From the IMG/VR virus record IMGVR_UViG_2657245664_000013, positions 1-28,520 of that record: a DNA stretch of 28,520 bases; one strand, given 5' to 3'. Every line of letters begins with the position of its first letter. Position 1 is the first letter of the stretch. The stretch comes from a virus (lineage: Duplodnaviria; Heunggongvirae; Uroviricota; Caudoviricetes). Below the pieces are notes generated by a model, which made no database searches, was not told where the DNA came from, and was given only the letters and a program-made list of their open reading frames with translations. A program made the translations under genes and the position numbers. Positions 17,313 through 26,271 of this stretch are shown piece by piece.

Positions 17313-18001
17313 TCATCGAGCTGCAACAAATAATGCCTTCTCAATCTCAGCAAATGGATCTGAGGTGCCTTCTGTCTGCTCCTTCTCCCACTGAAGAAGC
17401 GCATCATTCAGTGGCACTTTGACCCCCTGCGCACCGTAAACAGCTGAAACTATCTGGGCAGCCCGGATATCAGCCCGCTCGTCACCCAGCGGGCTGAACC
17501 TGTCAAATTCTGCCCACATCATGATTTCTGATGCAGACATTTCCCGGCGTAACTCTGACAATGTGCGCCCCATCCTGAGCGCCAGCATCATCAGAAAACG
17601 CATCCCCGGAAGCGCTACTTTTTTTTAACCTCACCGGCATCACTGATCAGTTCCAGAGACTGCCGAAGAAGCCGCGCATGCACCGGGCCATACACGGCAA
17701 TCACCTGTTCACGATCATCCTCTGAAAATACAGGTTGCAGTCCGGTATCACACAGAACATCAATGAACAGTTCAACATCTGCCTCCAGATTTCGGCGGGC
17801 GCGCTCCGCAACGGATAACGGTGTCTCATCATCTTTTGCTTTAACGATCTCCTGCCAGCGCAACCAGGCTTCTGCAGAAGGTTCCCGTAATACAACCGTT
17901 GCCCCTTCCCATTCAGGCACATCAACAGTTTTATGGCGAAACCCCGACATCGTTGCCAGTGCCAGATTACGGATATTTTTAGTCATCACATCTATCCTCA
18001 T
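17313..18001 (-). CDS. T: Tail assembly chaperone G-T fusion produced by programmed -1 frameshift
   Basis: The G frame ends ...GEVKKK-stop. The -1 frame stays open through the shift site and continues VALPG-MRFLMMLALRMGRTL... to the stop at 17313-17315. Frame arithmetic confirms the T ORF is the -1 frame of G on the minus strand. Confidence 0.75.
17615..18001 (-). CDS. G: Tail assembly chaperone G
   Basis: 128 aa, acidic, in the position of lambda G between the major tail and tape measure genes. Start ATG overlaps the V stop (TAATG). Confidence 0.8.
   Translation of the reverse strand: MRIDVMTKNIRNLALATMSGFRHKTVDVPEWEGATVVLREPSAEAWLRWQEIVKAKDDETPLSVAERARRNLEADVELFIDVLCDTGLQPVFSEDDREQVIAVYGPVHARLLRQSLELISDAGEVKKK
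17618..17624 (-). other. Slippery heptamer A-AAA-AAG for the -1 ribosomal frameshift (G to GT)
   Basis: Minus strand reads GTT AAA AAA AAG TAG. The last seven bases before the stop form A AAA AAG, the same class of slippery site as in dnaX. The plus strand shows a T8 run at 17619-17626. Confidence 0.75.
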
Positions 18002-18705
18002 TAACTGACGGTAACAGTGCAGGAAGTGGAGGTCACCTTGTTAACAGGGCTTGCTGAATCAGAAATCTCGCAGGTATACGCACCGGCATCACCTGATGCT
18101 GCTGATGCCTTACTGAATGTTGCCGCCGTCTGTCCGGAAACAGGAGAACTACCTTTCTTCCAGACATAAGAATAAGGCGGCACACCACCGGCAGCCTCAA
18201 CCACCATTTCGAGTTTCGCTCCGGCAGAAACCTGCAGCGTGCTGTTTAAATCGACCTTCACTTTCAGCGGCTCTGTCGTCAGCACAGGTTTACCTTTCAG
18301 GCGCAGGGAAAACGTTGCAGCCACAACACCATTAGTTCCTGCAGACCAGGTATGCTGACGCACCTCTGCCATAAAGGTAAATCCGTTGCCTGACGGAAAA
18401 ATAACTTTAAAGCCATACGTGGTGTCATTGTCATAGGCACTGCGCAACGCGTTCTGGGCAGCATTGAGGTAAAAGTTGCCTGACATGGAAATCTCTGAAG
18501 CAGCACCAAGGCCGTTAATATTTTCCTGCTCAACAGAACACAGCGTGGTGACATCAATATCCTGCTTTTGTCCTGCAGTAAACTGCACCTCTTTGATTGT
18601 ACAGCTCAGGCCAAGATAGCTGGCAGAATCCAGGGTTTCTGCTGTTACCGGTGCAGACGAAATCATAATTTTCGTCAGTTGCGAACGCTCAAAATTAGAG
18701 GACAT
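18001..18705 (-). CDS. V: Major tail protein (gpV-like) with C-terminal Ig-like (Big_2-type) domain
   Basis: Start ATG at 18703-18705 (MSSNFERSQ...) with SD GGAG 8 nt upstream. C-terminal about 90 aa has an Ig-like pattern (PPYSYVWKK ... GAYTCEISD). The track ORF over-extends through the upstream terminator. Confidence 0.88.
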   Translation of the reverse strand: MSSNFERSQLTKIMISSAPVTAETLDSASYLGLSCTIKEVQFTAGQKQDIDVTTLCSVEQENINGLGAASEISMSGNFYLNAAQNALRSAYDNDTTYGFKVIFPSGNGFTFMAEVRQHTWSAGTNGVVAATFSLRLKGKPVLTTEPLKVKVDLNSTLQVSAGAKLEMVVEAAGGVPPYSYVWKKGSSPVSGQTAATFSKASAASGDAGAYTCEISDSASPVNKVTSTSCTVTVS

Positions 18706-18723
18706 ACTCGTCTCCTGAAAATA

Positions 18724-18746
18724 AAAAACCCGCCAGCGGCGGGTGG
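18724..18746 (-). terminator. Intrinsic terminator-like hairpin immediately upstream of the major tail gene
   Basis: Minus-strand RNA has CCCGCC-gcu-GGCGGG followed by UUUUUUAUUUU, then the V RBS. Plus-strand text is AAAAAACCCGCCAGCGGCGGGTGGGT. Confidence 0.55.
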
Positions 18747-18764
18747 GTAAAATCATTAACGACC

Positions 18765-19109
18765 TCAGGCTATTACCTGAAATTCAAGCGTGGCTCTGCT
18801 CAGACGGGAGTCAGGATCATACCCCTGCGTTTTAGAAATAACGGAGGGTGCCAGTTTCCTTACTGCATCAAGCGCCTGCTCACGAATATCATCTGCGTCA
18901 TCAGGTACTGTCGCCCAGACATCGATCTGCACGGTAATTCTGGATTCAGCCTGCCCATCAAGCACATCAGATGCCGTGTCAGACACCACAGAAAACACCA
19001 GCCACGGCGGAGATACCGCAGGCTTTCCCTCCGTCAGCGGGACCACATAAGGATAAACCTGTCCTCCGGCCAGCTGAGACAACAGGGAATACAGTGTGCC
19101 CTCCCTCAT
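18765..19109 (-). CDS. Tail completion / terminator-like protein (DUF3168-like)
   Basis: 114 aa. Position directly upstream of the major tail gene and size are typical of tail terminator proteins. Family assignment is from recalled pattern only. Confidence 0.65.
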   Translation of the reverse strand: MREGTLYSLLSQLAGGQVYPYVVPLTEGKPAVSPPWLVFSVVSDTASDVLDGQAESRITVQIDVWATVPDDADDIREQALDAVRKLAPSVISKTQGYDPDSRLSRATLEFQVIA

Positions 19110-19552
19110 TTACTTAAGACCTCATCAATAGCCTGATTCATTCGCTGTATGGCAACCTGCGCCGCCAGCTCCTCTGTCGTATCGAAAGCCGGGCGAATGA
19201 ATGGATGCGCGGGCATGTTTATCGTTCCCAGCTCCACAAAGCGCCAGTAAAATGCATTTCGGGGATCGCTGGCTTTCATGCTGTTATCACTGTTTCCGGT
19301 TCGCAGGTTCCGTCCGCGAATGTGGACACCCGAGATAATTTCCCCCCGACGCTTTGAACGCTGAGTGAGAACAACCACATTTTTCTTCAGTTTCCCGGTT
19401 CGCTCCGGCGCACGTTCAACAACTGCATCCCGCATAACTTCAGCACCGGCACGGGTGGCATCGCGCAGAACCTTATTGTTTTCTGCCCTGCTGAGCGTCT
19501 CCAAATCCCGTGCAATATCCGCCAGGCCGGAAAAATCAAGACTGAAATCCAT
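19106..19552 (-). CDS. HK97 gp10-like head-tail connector protein
   Basis: Begins MDFSLDFSGLADIARDLE. Preferred ATG at 19550-19552, overlapping the upstream stop (ATGA); the track start at 19555 is GTG. Confidence 0.75.
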   Translation of the reverse strand: MDFSLDFSGLADIARDLETLSRAENNKVLRDATRAGAEVMRDAVVERAPERTGKLKKNVVVLTQRSKRRGEIISGVHIRGRNLRTGNSDNSMKASDPRNAFYWRFVELGTINMPAHPFIRPAFDTTEELAAQVAIQRMNQAIDEVLSK

Positions 19553-19890
19553 CACACATTCCCCTTCAGGCTGCAGAGTATTTCAAGCCGGGTAGCGCGT
19601 GCATCCGGTATTGGTGGACCTTCTATACCCAGAATGGCCCCTTTAAATGCACCGGTCAGCACTTTCAGACGTGAAGTCGCTGTCACATCGCGCCGGAATC
19701 TCATCCAGACTCTGACCGTAGCCTGAGCGGTTTCTGCTCCGCCTGAGATTATCTCCCTCCCGCTGATACCCTTAACTTCTGCCCATACGGTAGCTCCCTC
19801 CGTCACCGTCTCCACCGGATGCCCTGACGGAGAGCGGGCGGTGGTGACATTCAGAATAATTACGCGATCACGTAATCTGCCCGCCTGCAT
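19552..19890 (-). CDS. Head-tail joining / head closure protein
   Basis: 112 aa, MQAGRLRDRVIILN... with strong SD AGGAGGAGAC directly upstream. Typical N-terminus of the phage head-tail joining family. Confidence 0.78.
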   Translation of the reverse strand: MQAGRLRDRVIILNVTTARSPSGHPVETVTEGATVWAEVKGISGREIISGGAETAQATVRVWMRFRRDVTATSRLKVLTGAFKGAILGIEGPPIPDARATRLEILCSLKGNV

Positions 19891-19898
19891 GTCTCCTC

Positions 19899-20216
19899 CT
19901 ACAAAGGAATAAAACGATAAGGCTCCAGCAGAGAAGAAAAACCAAACGGGACTGGTGCCTTGCTGACATCTGAGGAATTTTCCCGGTTTTCGTACCAGTG
20001 CCCGACCAGCAACATGAGCGCCAGCAAAACATCATCAGCTATAAGCACCCCTTCAGGATCACCTTCCGGCACCGTCTCCTCATAAAGCTTACGGTTGATA
20101 AAATTTTCTGCCTTGCGGCAGGCAGCCCGGAAATACAGCATCAGTAACTCATCATCAGTTGCATCATCTGTATCAATACGGCACTGCGCCCTGAGTTTTT
20201 CCACTATTGCTGCCAT
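19899..20216 (-). CDS. gp6-like head-tail connector (DNA packaging) protein
   Basis: Starts at the ATG at 20214-20216 (MAAIVEKLRAQCRIDTDDATDDELLMLYFRAA...) with SD GGAG upstream. The 165-aa track ORF is an N-terminal over-extension. Confidence 0.78.
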   Translation of the reverse strand: MAAIVEKLRAQCRIDTDDATDDELLMLYFRAACRKAENFINRKLYEETVPEGDPEGVLIADDVLLALMLLVGHWYENRENSSDVSKAPVPFGFSSLLEPYRFIPL

Positions 20217-20248
20217 CAGAAACTCCTGCCCGCAACACTGTGCGGGCA

Positions 20249-20273
20249 TAAAAAAACCGCGTCGGCGCGGTCT
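20249..20273 (-). terminator. Intrinsic terminator-like hairpin just after the major capsid gene
   Basis: Minus-strand RNA has ACCGCGCCGACGCGGU followed by UUUUUUUAUG. A second hairpin (GCCCGCACAGUGUUGCGGGC) precedes the next gene's RBS. Confidence 0.55.
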
Positions 20274-20292
20274 GTAACTGAACAACGAGTGG

Positions 20293-21510
20293 TTATTTGC
20301 CAGTGAGCGCCTTGATGGCTGCCACATCTTCCAGCACACAGTCAAAACGATGGAAAGCCAGAAATGCCACCTGATCAAACTCAGCATAACGCTCAACCAG
20401 ACGTTTCAGTTCCATATAAGTAACGCGGCGAATGATAAAGCGGTTGAAATCCCCCAGGAAAATGAATTTTTTTCCGGTACCAATCCCGTCAATAGCCTGA
20501 TCAATAACATAAGGGATCCCCAGCACAGTAGCCGGCGTACCGCCTGCAATATCCGGCAGCCATAACGGGCGTTTCTGCCCATCCTCCATCTCTTCAATAG
20601 TCTGCAATGTGGCATCATTGAATGCCCAGCGGTATTTCGGCCCACCACGATATGCCGGATCAATGGCATGTTTCAGGGCATTCATTTCTTTCCAGGTGAA
20701 AGCGGCAGAGGCTGCAGTCTGGATGGTTCCCGTCACCGACGCTGCCAGCCCTTTTGGCTGTAACGGTGATCCCGTTCCGGTCCCCTGAACCAGATATTTT
20801 GCCTCTCCACGACCAATACGCTGGGCAATACGGTTTGCCAGATAAGATTCAATATCCACCCCACTGTCCTGGAGCAGCTCATTGGACACACGAATTATTT
20901 TTGATGACAGCTTTTTAGCCCCCAGAATAGCGGTCCCGAACGTCACATCCTGTTCCGTTGCGGCTGTATTTTCCGCCAGCAGTTCGCCCTCTTCAGTCGT
21001 GCCATCAGACGTTGACCAGGTGATATCCTGCCCGGTTGATGTGGTCAGAAGTTGCGCCACACTGGCAATCCCGCCATAAGCCTTCATGGTGTCAATGATT
21101 TTGTTACGCATCTGCGTGGGCACCGTATATCCGCCCTGAGAATCCGTTGTTACACTCTGAGCCCGCAGTTCACGCATCAGATTACGCTCTTCAGCATTCA
21201 GTTCTGCAAATCCGGCACGCAGAAAACGGTTAAATGCCGCAGCGCGCTTCTCTTCCACCGCCTTTTTCCCGTTCTCCGCCTCATTATTCTGGCGCTCTTC
21301 CGGCCCGGACTCATCCACATATGCCTGATCCTGACGGCGCAACTCTTCTTCACGGGCGATTTGCTCATCCAGCGCATCCAGCTCAGCTTTCGCCCTGTTC
21401 CACTCTGCCCGTTGCTCATCAGTCCATGCGTTATCACCAATTTTTTCATGCAGTGCACGCATATCCTTTGCAATGGTGTTTCGTTTTTGCTTCATCTCAT
21501 GAAGTTTCAT
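20293..21510 (-). CDS. Major capsid protein, HK97 family (with N-terminal delta/scaffold domain)
   Basis: 405 aa. N-terminal about 100 aa are coiled-coil and charged (delta domain), followed by an HK97-fold capsid body. Lies directly after the prohead protease. Confidence 0.92.
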   Translation of the reverse strand: MKLHEMKQKRNTIAKDMRALHEKIGDNAWTDEQRAEWNRAKAELDALDEQIAREEELRRQDQAYVDESGPEERQNNEAENGKKAVEEKRAAAFNRFLRAGFAELNAEERNLMRELRAQSVTTDSQGGYTVPTQMRNKIIDTMKAYGGIASVAQLLTTSTGQDITWSTSDGTTEEGELLAENTAATEQDVTFGTAILGAKKLSSKIIRVSNELLQDSGVDIESYLANRIAQRIGRGEAKYLVQGTGTGSPLQPKGLAASVTGTIQTAASAAFTWKEMNALKHAIDPAYRGGPKYRWAFNDATLQTIEEMEDGQKRPLWLPDIAGGTPATVLGIPYVIDQAIDGIGTGKKFIFLGDFNRFIIRRVTYMELKRLVERYAEFDQVAFLAFHRFDCVLEDVAAIKALTGK

Positions 21511-21524
21511 CGTCAGTAGTATCC

Positions 21525-22124
21525 TTATGCATTAAGAAGGGTCAAAAGACGCTCACGCGCCATTCGTTCGTTAACAGCTTTCTTCAGCGCACCACTCGCC
21601 CGCGCTTCCTGCCAGGCTTTCATTGAGCGGACACCAGAGTCTGCGTCCTGATAGGCCGGATATGTCACCGGGCTGACGTCATACAGACGAGAAATGCGCG
21701 TGATTTCCCGGATAACAATCCCCTCGTCGTCTTCATACCAGCTCTCTCCGTCACGGGCGACACGAAACGCGAACGAGGACTGATTAATGTCACCACGCAA
21801 CATTGGAGACAGCACCAGGTCACAAATAGTCGGAGTATCCGGTGCAACAATGTCATAACGTAAACCGCGTTCATCCACCGACAATGACAACGTGCCGGCA
21901 GAACTTCGTCCGAGAATGAAATTAGGATCATGATTAAACAAGCCACGTACATCATCATTCAGTACATCATCAAAAGCCCCCGGCTTGATGATTTCACGAA
22001 ATCCCCACAGAGGTTCTGAACGACTGTTAAATACCGAGCCATACCCCAGAATGTGGGTCGGGGCATTATCATATTGTTCCGCCCGCACCTCCCCGCTGTA
22101 ACAGCGCGTTTCACGGTCATTCAT
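21525..22124 (-). CDS. Prohead maturation protease (HK97 gp4 family)
   Basis: 199 aa between portal and capsid genes, with a sequence pattern typical of the HK97-type prohead protease. Overlaps the portal 3' end by 8 nt. Confidence 0.9.
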   Translation of the reverse strand: MNDRETRCYSGEVRAEQYDNAPTHILGYGSVFNSRSEPLWGFREIIKPGAFDDVLNDDVRGLFNHDPNFILGRSSAGTLSLSVDERGLRYDIVAPDTPTICDLVLSPMLRGDINQSSFAFRVARDGESWYEDDEGIVIREITRISRLYDVSPVTYPAYQDADSGVRSMKAWQEARASGALKKAVNERMARERLLTLLNA

Positions 22125-23343
22125 CGTTCTTTTCCTCTTTGCCTTTCGTATCTTTAAAGTTATTCAACGGATTTGCTGCATTTACGCTGACCAGCATTTC
22201 ATCCAGACCGTCAACCGGGTTCATATCCTCAAATGCCCTGGCTTCATTCCGACTCATCCAGCCATCTGTAATGGCAAAGTGATAGAACTGCGCACGCTCC
22301 TGTGGGGTCCCACGGAGCAACCCCGTGAGGTTGAAACGAACGTAATACCCGGCAGCCCGTTCTGTACGGGTAAACAGGCGACGGTTAAGCTCCTGCTCCC
22401 AGTTCGCAACCCAGGGCATCATCGTGTAGCGAACAAACTGAATCGCCTGCTGCGTAATATTCGAAAATGTGGCTTTTTCCAGGTCATTAATCATGTGCGC
22501 CGGGACATTAAAAATCCCGGCAATCATCGACCGGTTCAGCTTGGTCATATCAATGATCTGAGCATCCACCGGAGAAACTGTCAGAGCGCGGTAATCCAGT
22601 TGCGCAGGCAGCAACATGGTTTTATTTTCCTGGCTGCGAAGCGCTGTCACCGCCCGCTGCCACATATTTTTAAGCCTGCCCCAGCTTTGTTCGTTCAGTT
22701 CATTTTTCACAGAAATAATACCGGCAGGACGGGCATTACCGTTAAAAAAGGCGCTGGTATACTGCTGGCCACTCATTCCCATACCAATGGTTTCAGCATG
22801 CTGCATGATCGGGCTCAGTCCCATTTTCTGATTGTTTCCCAGCGCCCTGATATGGATCATGTCGTCCGGACTTACCGCAAATGCACCCTCTTCGTTATAC
22901 ACCCCGTAAGTATGACGCCCACCGGTGTTAAGTAACGTGGTTTCCCATGGCATACAGCATTCAAGGCTGGTAACCTCTCCACGACGATTACGTTTTACCC
23001 ACGTATAACCATTGCCCCACCCCAGCACATGACGCTGCTTCAGTTCCCGCCACTTATAGCTGGTCTGCCAGGCATTAGGTTCATCATGAACGAGCCAGAA
23101 CAACGGATGATCGCGTGCCGGCTGAACATGCTCATTCGTTTTTCGCATCACATGCAGGGGCATCTGAGCCACACTGGATGAAATAACATAAATACAGGCA
23201 TAGACAGCAGCCAGCTTCATGGATGTTTCCGGACTGACATACACATCCCGGGCAAAAATATTATCCGTCTCAGCGGCCTCTCCGGTTACCGGAACCGAGG
23301 GATTTTCCAGAGGCTCACTGCGAAACAGAGCATCAAGAAGCAT
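22117..23343 (-). CDS. Portal protein (HK97 family)
   Basis: 408 aa. Positioned between terL and the protease, with the SD GAGGAG 7 nt upstream of the ATG. C-terminus is acidic (KGKEEKNDE). Confidence 0.92.
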   Translation of the reverse strand: MLLDALFRSEPLENPSVPVTGEAAETDNIFARDVYVSPETSMKLAAVYACIYVISSSVAQMPLHVMRKTNEHVQPARDHPLFWLVHDEPNAWQTSYKWRELKQRHVLGWGNGYTWVKRNRRGEVTSLECCMPWETTLLNTGGRHTYGVYNEEGAFAVSPDDMIHIRALGNNQKMGLSPIMQHAETIGMGMSGQQYTSAFFNGNARPAGIISVKNELNEQSWGRLKNMWQRAVTALRSQENKTMLLPAQLDYRALTVSPVDAQIIDMTKLNRSMIAGIFNVPAHMINDLEKATFSNITQQAIQFVRYTMMPWVANWEQELNRRLFTRTERAAGYYVRFNLTGLLRGTPQERAQFYHFAITDGWMSRNEARAFEDMNPVDGLDEMLVSVNAANPLNNFKDTKGKEEKNDE

Positions 23344-23473
23344 GTTTTCTCCTCATGGACACCACCAGTGCATAAAGCAGCAACAAACAGCCCGACAGCA
23401 TCAGAGACGCTGGCAGACCTGCATACAGATAAACGCCAGCAGTGAGCAAACCGAAACCGATCAGCCCGGTCAT
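23333..23473 (-). CDS. Hypothetical small hydrophobic ORF (46 aa) between terL and portal
   Basis: MTGLIGFGLLTAGVYLYAGLPASLMLSGCLLLLYALVVSMRRKHAS. Starts 18 nt after the terL stop and ends overlapping the portal start. No clear SD, so it may be spurious. Confidence 0.25.
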   Translation of the reverse strand: MTGLIGFGLLTAGVYLYAGLPASLMLSGCLLLLYALVVSMRRKHAS

Positions 23474-23490
23474 ATCAGTAATAAGCTGTT

Positions 23491-25248
23491 TCACAGAATT
23501 AACAGGTCCTCATCAGGATCAAGCGTGGACAGAAAGTCATTCACGCCCCCTCCATTTACCAGAAAGCGGCTCATGGCTGTAAAAAGCGCAACAGGGCCGT
23601 CGATTTTGGCTTCCGGCGTGGATTTATTCGGGAAGATGTTGTCGTTTTTGTCCGGTTTTACAGTAACGTTAGACATCATCCAGTTCATGACCGGATGATT
23701 GCTGTGATGGAAACGCCCGGCATAAACCAGTGATTCCGTTTCCTTCATGGCCTCTGACAGATTGCGGACCGTCTGCGGAACCTCCACCAGCGGTATCCCT
23801 TCTTCAGCCAGTGCCAGGCTGAACTGCATCGCGCTCCACGGGTCAAATCCCAGTTCCCTGAGGTTTTCACCACCAATCCATTCCAGTAAGTCATTTTTTA
23901 TCTGAGCATGATCGATAACATCACCATCCGTCAGAATCAGCTTATCCATCTCCGCCCACTTCCGGTAAAGTTCTGCCTGCTGCCGCGAGCATCGTTCCAG
24001 CCGTCCCTCCGGAAGCCAGAATTTAAAATCGGCATGAACATGCCCGTTATCCGTTCGCCAGAGTTTTGCCGCCGCACAGATATCAATCTTATGAGCAAGG
24101 TCAACGCCGACCCACATGGGATACGTTTTCAGCTCATGTCGTGGGGCAATGTATTCGCACTTCTCCCACTTAATCATGTCCATCCAGGCAGACTCTGCTG
24201 TTACCCACACATTCATGTGTTTGGTAAAAAAATTCACCCGCGCAGAGACCTGTTCTTTCGCTTTTTTCGCCAGGCGACGCAGATCATCCCAGCGTTTACA
24301 GATGCCCAGGCCGGGATTCGCTTTCTGCCAGACCGTTTCATCAAACGGATCATCTCCCTCATCGAGGGTGTAAATAATCGCAAAGTAGGAGTCGTCTTTT
24401 ACCGCGCCCTCCACGTCGCTGTTATAGCCACGCAATACCTTGATGGCGTAATCACGCTGCTCGTAACAAATCCCTTCCTTGTTAAACCCTGCCGTGGTGA
24501 TACCAAATAAAAGGGACTGCAGACGGGCACCGGTTGCCGTTTCCAGAACGTCCCACACGTCACGGGTTTTATGTGCATGCAGCTCATCAATAATGGCGCA
24601 GTGGATGTTCAGACCATCTAGGTTGTTTGCATCCGAAGAAAGCGGTTCAAATTTTGATGCGCTCTGCTCCTGGTAAATCGCCAGCTTGTTGAAATCAAAC
24701 AACCGCCCGAGTGTCGACCGGGCTTTTCTGACCATATTTTTGGCGTCTTCAAACACGATTCTGGCCTGGTCACGCGTGGTTGCGGCTGAATACACCTCAG
24801 CTCCGCCTTCACCATCTGCCCCCGTCATATACAGGCCGATACCCGATGACAGAGTTGATTTTGCGTTTTTACGGGCGACTTCGTTGTACGCCGTCCGGAA
24901 CCGGCGCACCATCACCGGACGTCCGCTGCCATCGCTGCGCATGACAACTTCCCCGGTCTCTTCATTGACCAGCGGAATGACAAAACCAAAAATATTAATG
25001 AGGATAAATACATGCCAGTCCATCAACTCAATGGGCTGGCCTGCCAGCGCCCCTTTTACATGAGGCACAAATTTGTAGAAATTCAGGATGTGCTGCGCAC
25101 GGGGTTCACTGAAATAAATCCCCCGCTCTTCGCCGTACTTCAGATCATCAAGAAAACGCTGGCAGGCCAGGCGGACAAATTCGCCAGCAACAATTTCTCC
25201 TGCAACAACACGTTCGGCGTAGCGGATCCCGTCAGCCACTTTTGCCAT
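23491..25248 (-). CDS. terL: Terminase large subunit
   Basis: 585 aa. N-terminal ATPase region (deviant P-loop VARKNAKS, Walker-B-like IIDELHA) and a C-terminal nuclease domain. Start overlaps the terS stop. Confidence 0.92.
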   Translation of the reverse strand: MAKVADGIRYAERVVAGEIVAGEFVRLACQRFLDDLKYGEERGIYFSEPRAQHILNFYKFVPHVKGALAGQPIELMDWHVFILINIFGFVIPLVNEETGEVVMRSDGSGRPVMVRRFRTAYNEVARKNAKSTLSSGIGLYMTGADGEGGAEVYSAATTRDQARIVFEDAKNMVRKARSTLGRLFDFNKLAIYQEQSASKFEPLSSDANNLDGLNIHCAIIDELHAHKTRDVWDVLETATGARLQSLLFGITTAGFNKEGICYEQRDYAIKVLRGYNSDVEGAVKDDSYFAIIYTLDEGDDPFDETVWQKANPGLGICKRWDDLRRLAKKAKEQVSARVNFFTKHMNVWVTAESAWMDMIKWEKCEYIAPRHELKTYPMWVGVDLAHKIDICAAAKLWRTDNGHVHADFKFWLPEGRLERCSRQQAELYRKWAEMDKLILTDGDVIDHAQIKNDLLEWIGGENLRELGFDPWSAMQFSLALAEEGIPLVEVPQTVRNLSEAMKETESLVYAGRFHHSNHPVMNWMMSNVTVKPDKNDNIFPNKSTPEAKIDGPVALFTAMSRFLVNGGGVNDFLSTLDPDEDLLIL

Positions 25249-25730
25249 CAGTCTCTCGCTTTTAAAAGCTCCGCCAGCGGATCAACATCATCCGGTCCGG
25301 CGATATTTACTTTAGCCCGGCTTGCCGGTGACATACCAAACTCTGCAAGCATTGCCCGGATCCGCTTCCAGGCATCCGCTTTCATTGCCGCCGCGGGGTG
25401 CGCCTTAATCAGTACATCACCGCTCTGCGTTTTCGTGCGGTAGGTATACCCCTCAACATCGAGTGTTTCGCAGTGATGCCGATATTCGGTGTAGGCTTCC
25501 ACCAGCAACTCGAGCGCACGCGCATCAAGCTGAGAAATGATCCCTTCCGCATTCAGCTCTTCCGCCATTCGCCTGAACCAGTACTTCCCCTGAGCCCCTA
25601 AATGCTGCGGAATTTTAGGAAGACCTTTTTCATCCTTTTTAGCGGTTTTTTTGTGGTCTTTAACGGGGCGCTTTGAGGGGTTGCCTCGAATCAAATGCAG
25701 GCGTGGCGGGGTTTTCGGAGGTCCTGACAT
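25248..25730 (-). CDS. terS: Terminase small subunit (P27 family)
   Basis: 160 aa with a basic N-terminus (KTPPRLHLIRGNPSKRPVKDHKK), directly upstream of terL and downstream of the HNH gene, as is typical for HK97-like cos phages. Confidence 0.88.
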   Translation of the reverse strand: MSGPPKTPPRLHLIRGNPSKRPVKDHKKTAKKDEKGLPKIPQHLGAQGKYWFRRMAEELNAEGIISQLDARALELLVEAYTEYRHHCETLDVEGYTYRTKTQSGDVLIKAHPAAAMKADAWKRIRAMLAEFGMSPASRAKVNIAGPDDVDPLAELLKARD

Positions 25731-25789
25731 AATCGGTCTTACCTATCAATCGTTTGTTCACATTTCCAAAAAAAAGTTTTCGAACCTGC

Positions 25790-25865
25790 GGCGATGTGAG
25801 GAAGGGTCAGGCGGCGGTACTGAGCAGCCAGGGTTGCAGAGATTTGACCCGCCCCTCCCCTACAG
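25790..25865. other. Candidate cos (cohesive end / terminase recognition) region
   Basis: GC-rich dyad-symmetric element in the HNH-terS intergenic gap: GGGTCA (25804-25809) ... TGACCC (25845-25850) flanking GGCGGCGG, reminiscent of lambdoid cosN (GGGCGGCG...). An A8 run lies at 25769-25776. Confidence 0.35.
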
Positions 25866-25878
25866 ATGGGAACTGTTA

Positions 25879-26229
25879 TCAATTGATGCGTTCGCGCGCT
25901 GTTTTTGCTTTATGACAGGGCCAGCACAGACTCTGCAGGTTACTGTCTGCATCCGTGCCACCATGAGCTTTCGGAATGATGTGGTCCACAGTTCTGGCTT
26001 CAACGGCTCTCCCATTGCGCAGGCAGTTCTGACACAGATGATTATCACGCTTCAGTATGCGCGCACGTATGGCATCCCATTTCGAGCCATAGCCACGCTG
26101 GTGGCGGCTCAGTCCGCGTTGATGCTGTACCCATCCTTCGCCACGATGTTTATCGCAGTAACCAGAACTGTCTGTGGTTGTACCTGCACATCCACGCTTA
26201 CGGCAGGCGCGTGGGATTCGTGATGGCAT
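25879..26229 (-). CDS. HNH endonuclease (packaging-associated)
   Basis: 116 aa with an HNH/zinc-finger signature (CxxC ... DHIIPKAHGGTDADSNLQSLCWPCH). Immediately upstream of terS. Confidence 0.9.
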   Translation of the reverse strand: MPSRIPRACRKRGCAGTTTDSSGYCDKHRGEGWVQHQRGLSRHQRGYGSKWDAIRARILKRDNHLCQNCLRNGRAVEARTVDHIIPKAHGGTDADSNLQSLCWPCHKAKTARERIN

Positions 26230-26271
26230 AAATACCTCATACCCTGCGAAATGTTTACCACGATAAAAAGG

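Noticed and set aside
23491-25248. Absence of a canonical Walker A (GxxxxGK[ST]) in the terminase large subunit; only a deviant VARKNAKS segment was found.
   Set aside because: Large terminases commonly carry deviant P-loops. Without an alignment I cannot tell whether this is unusual, so no claim of inactivation is made.
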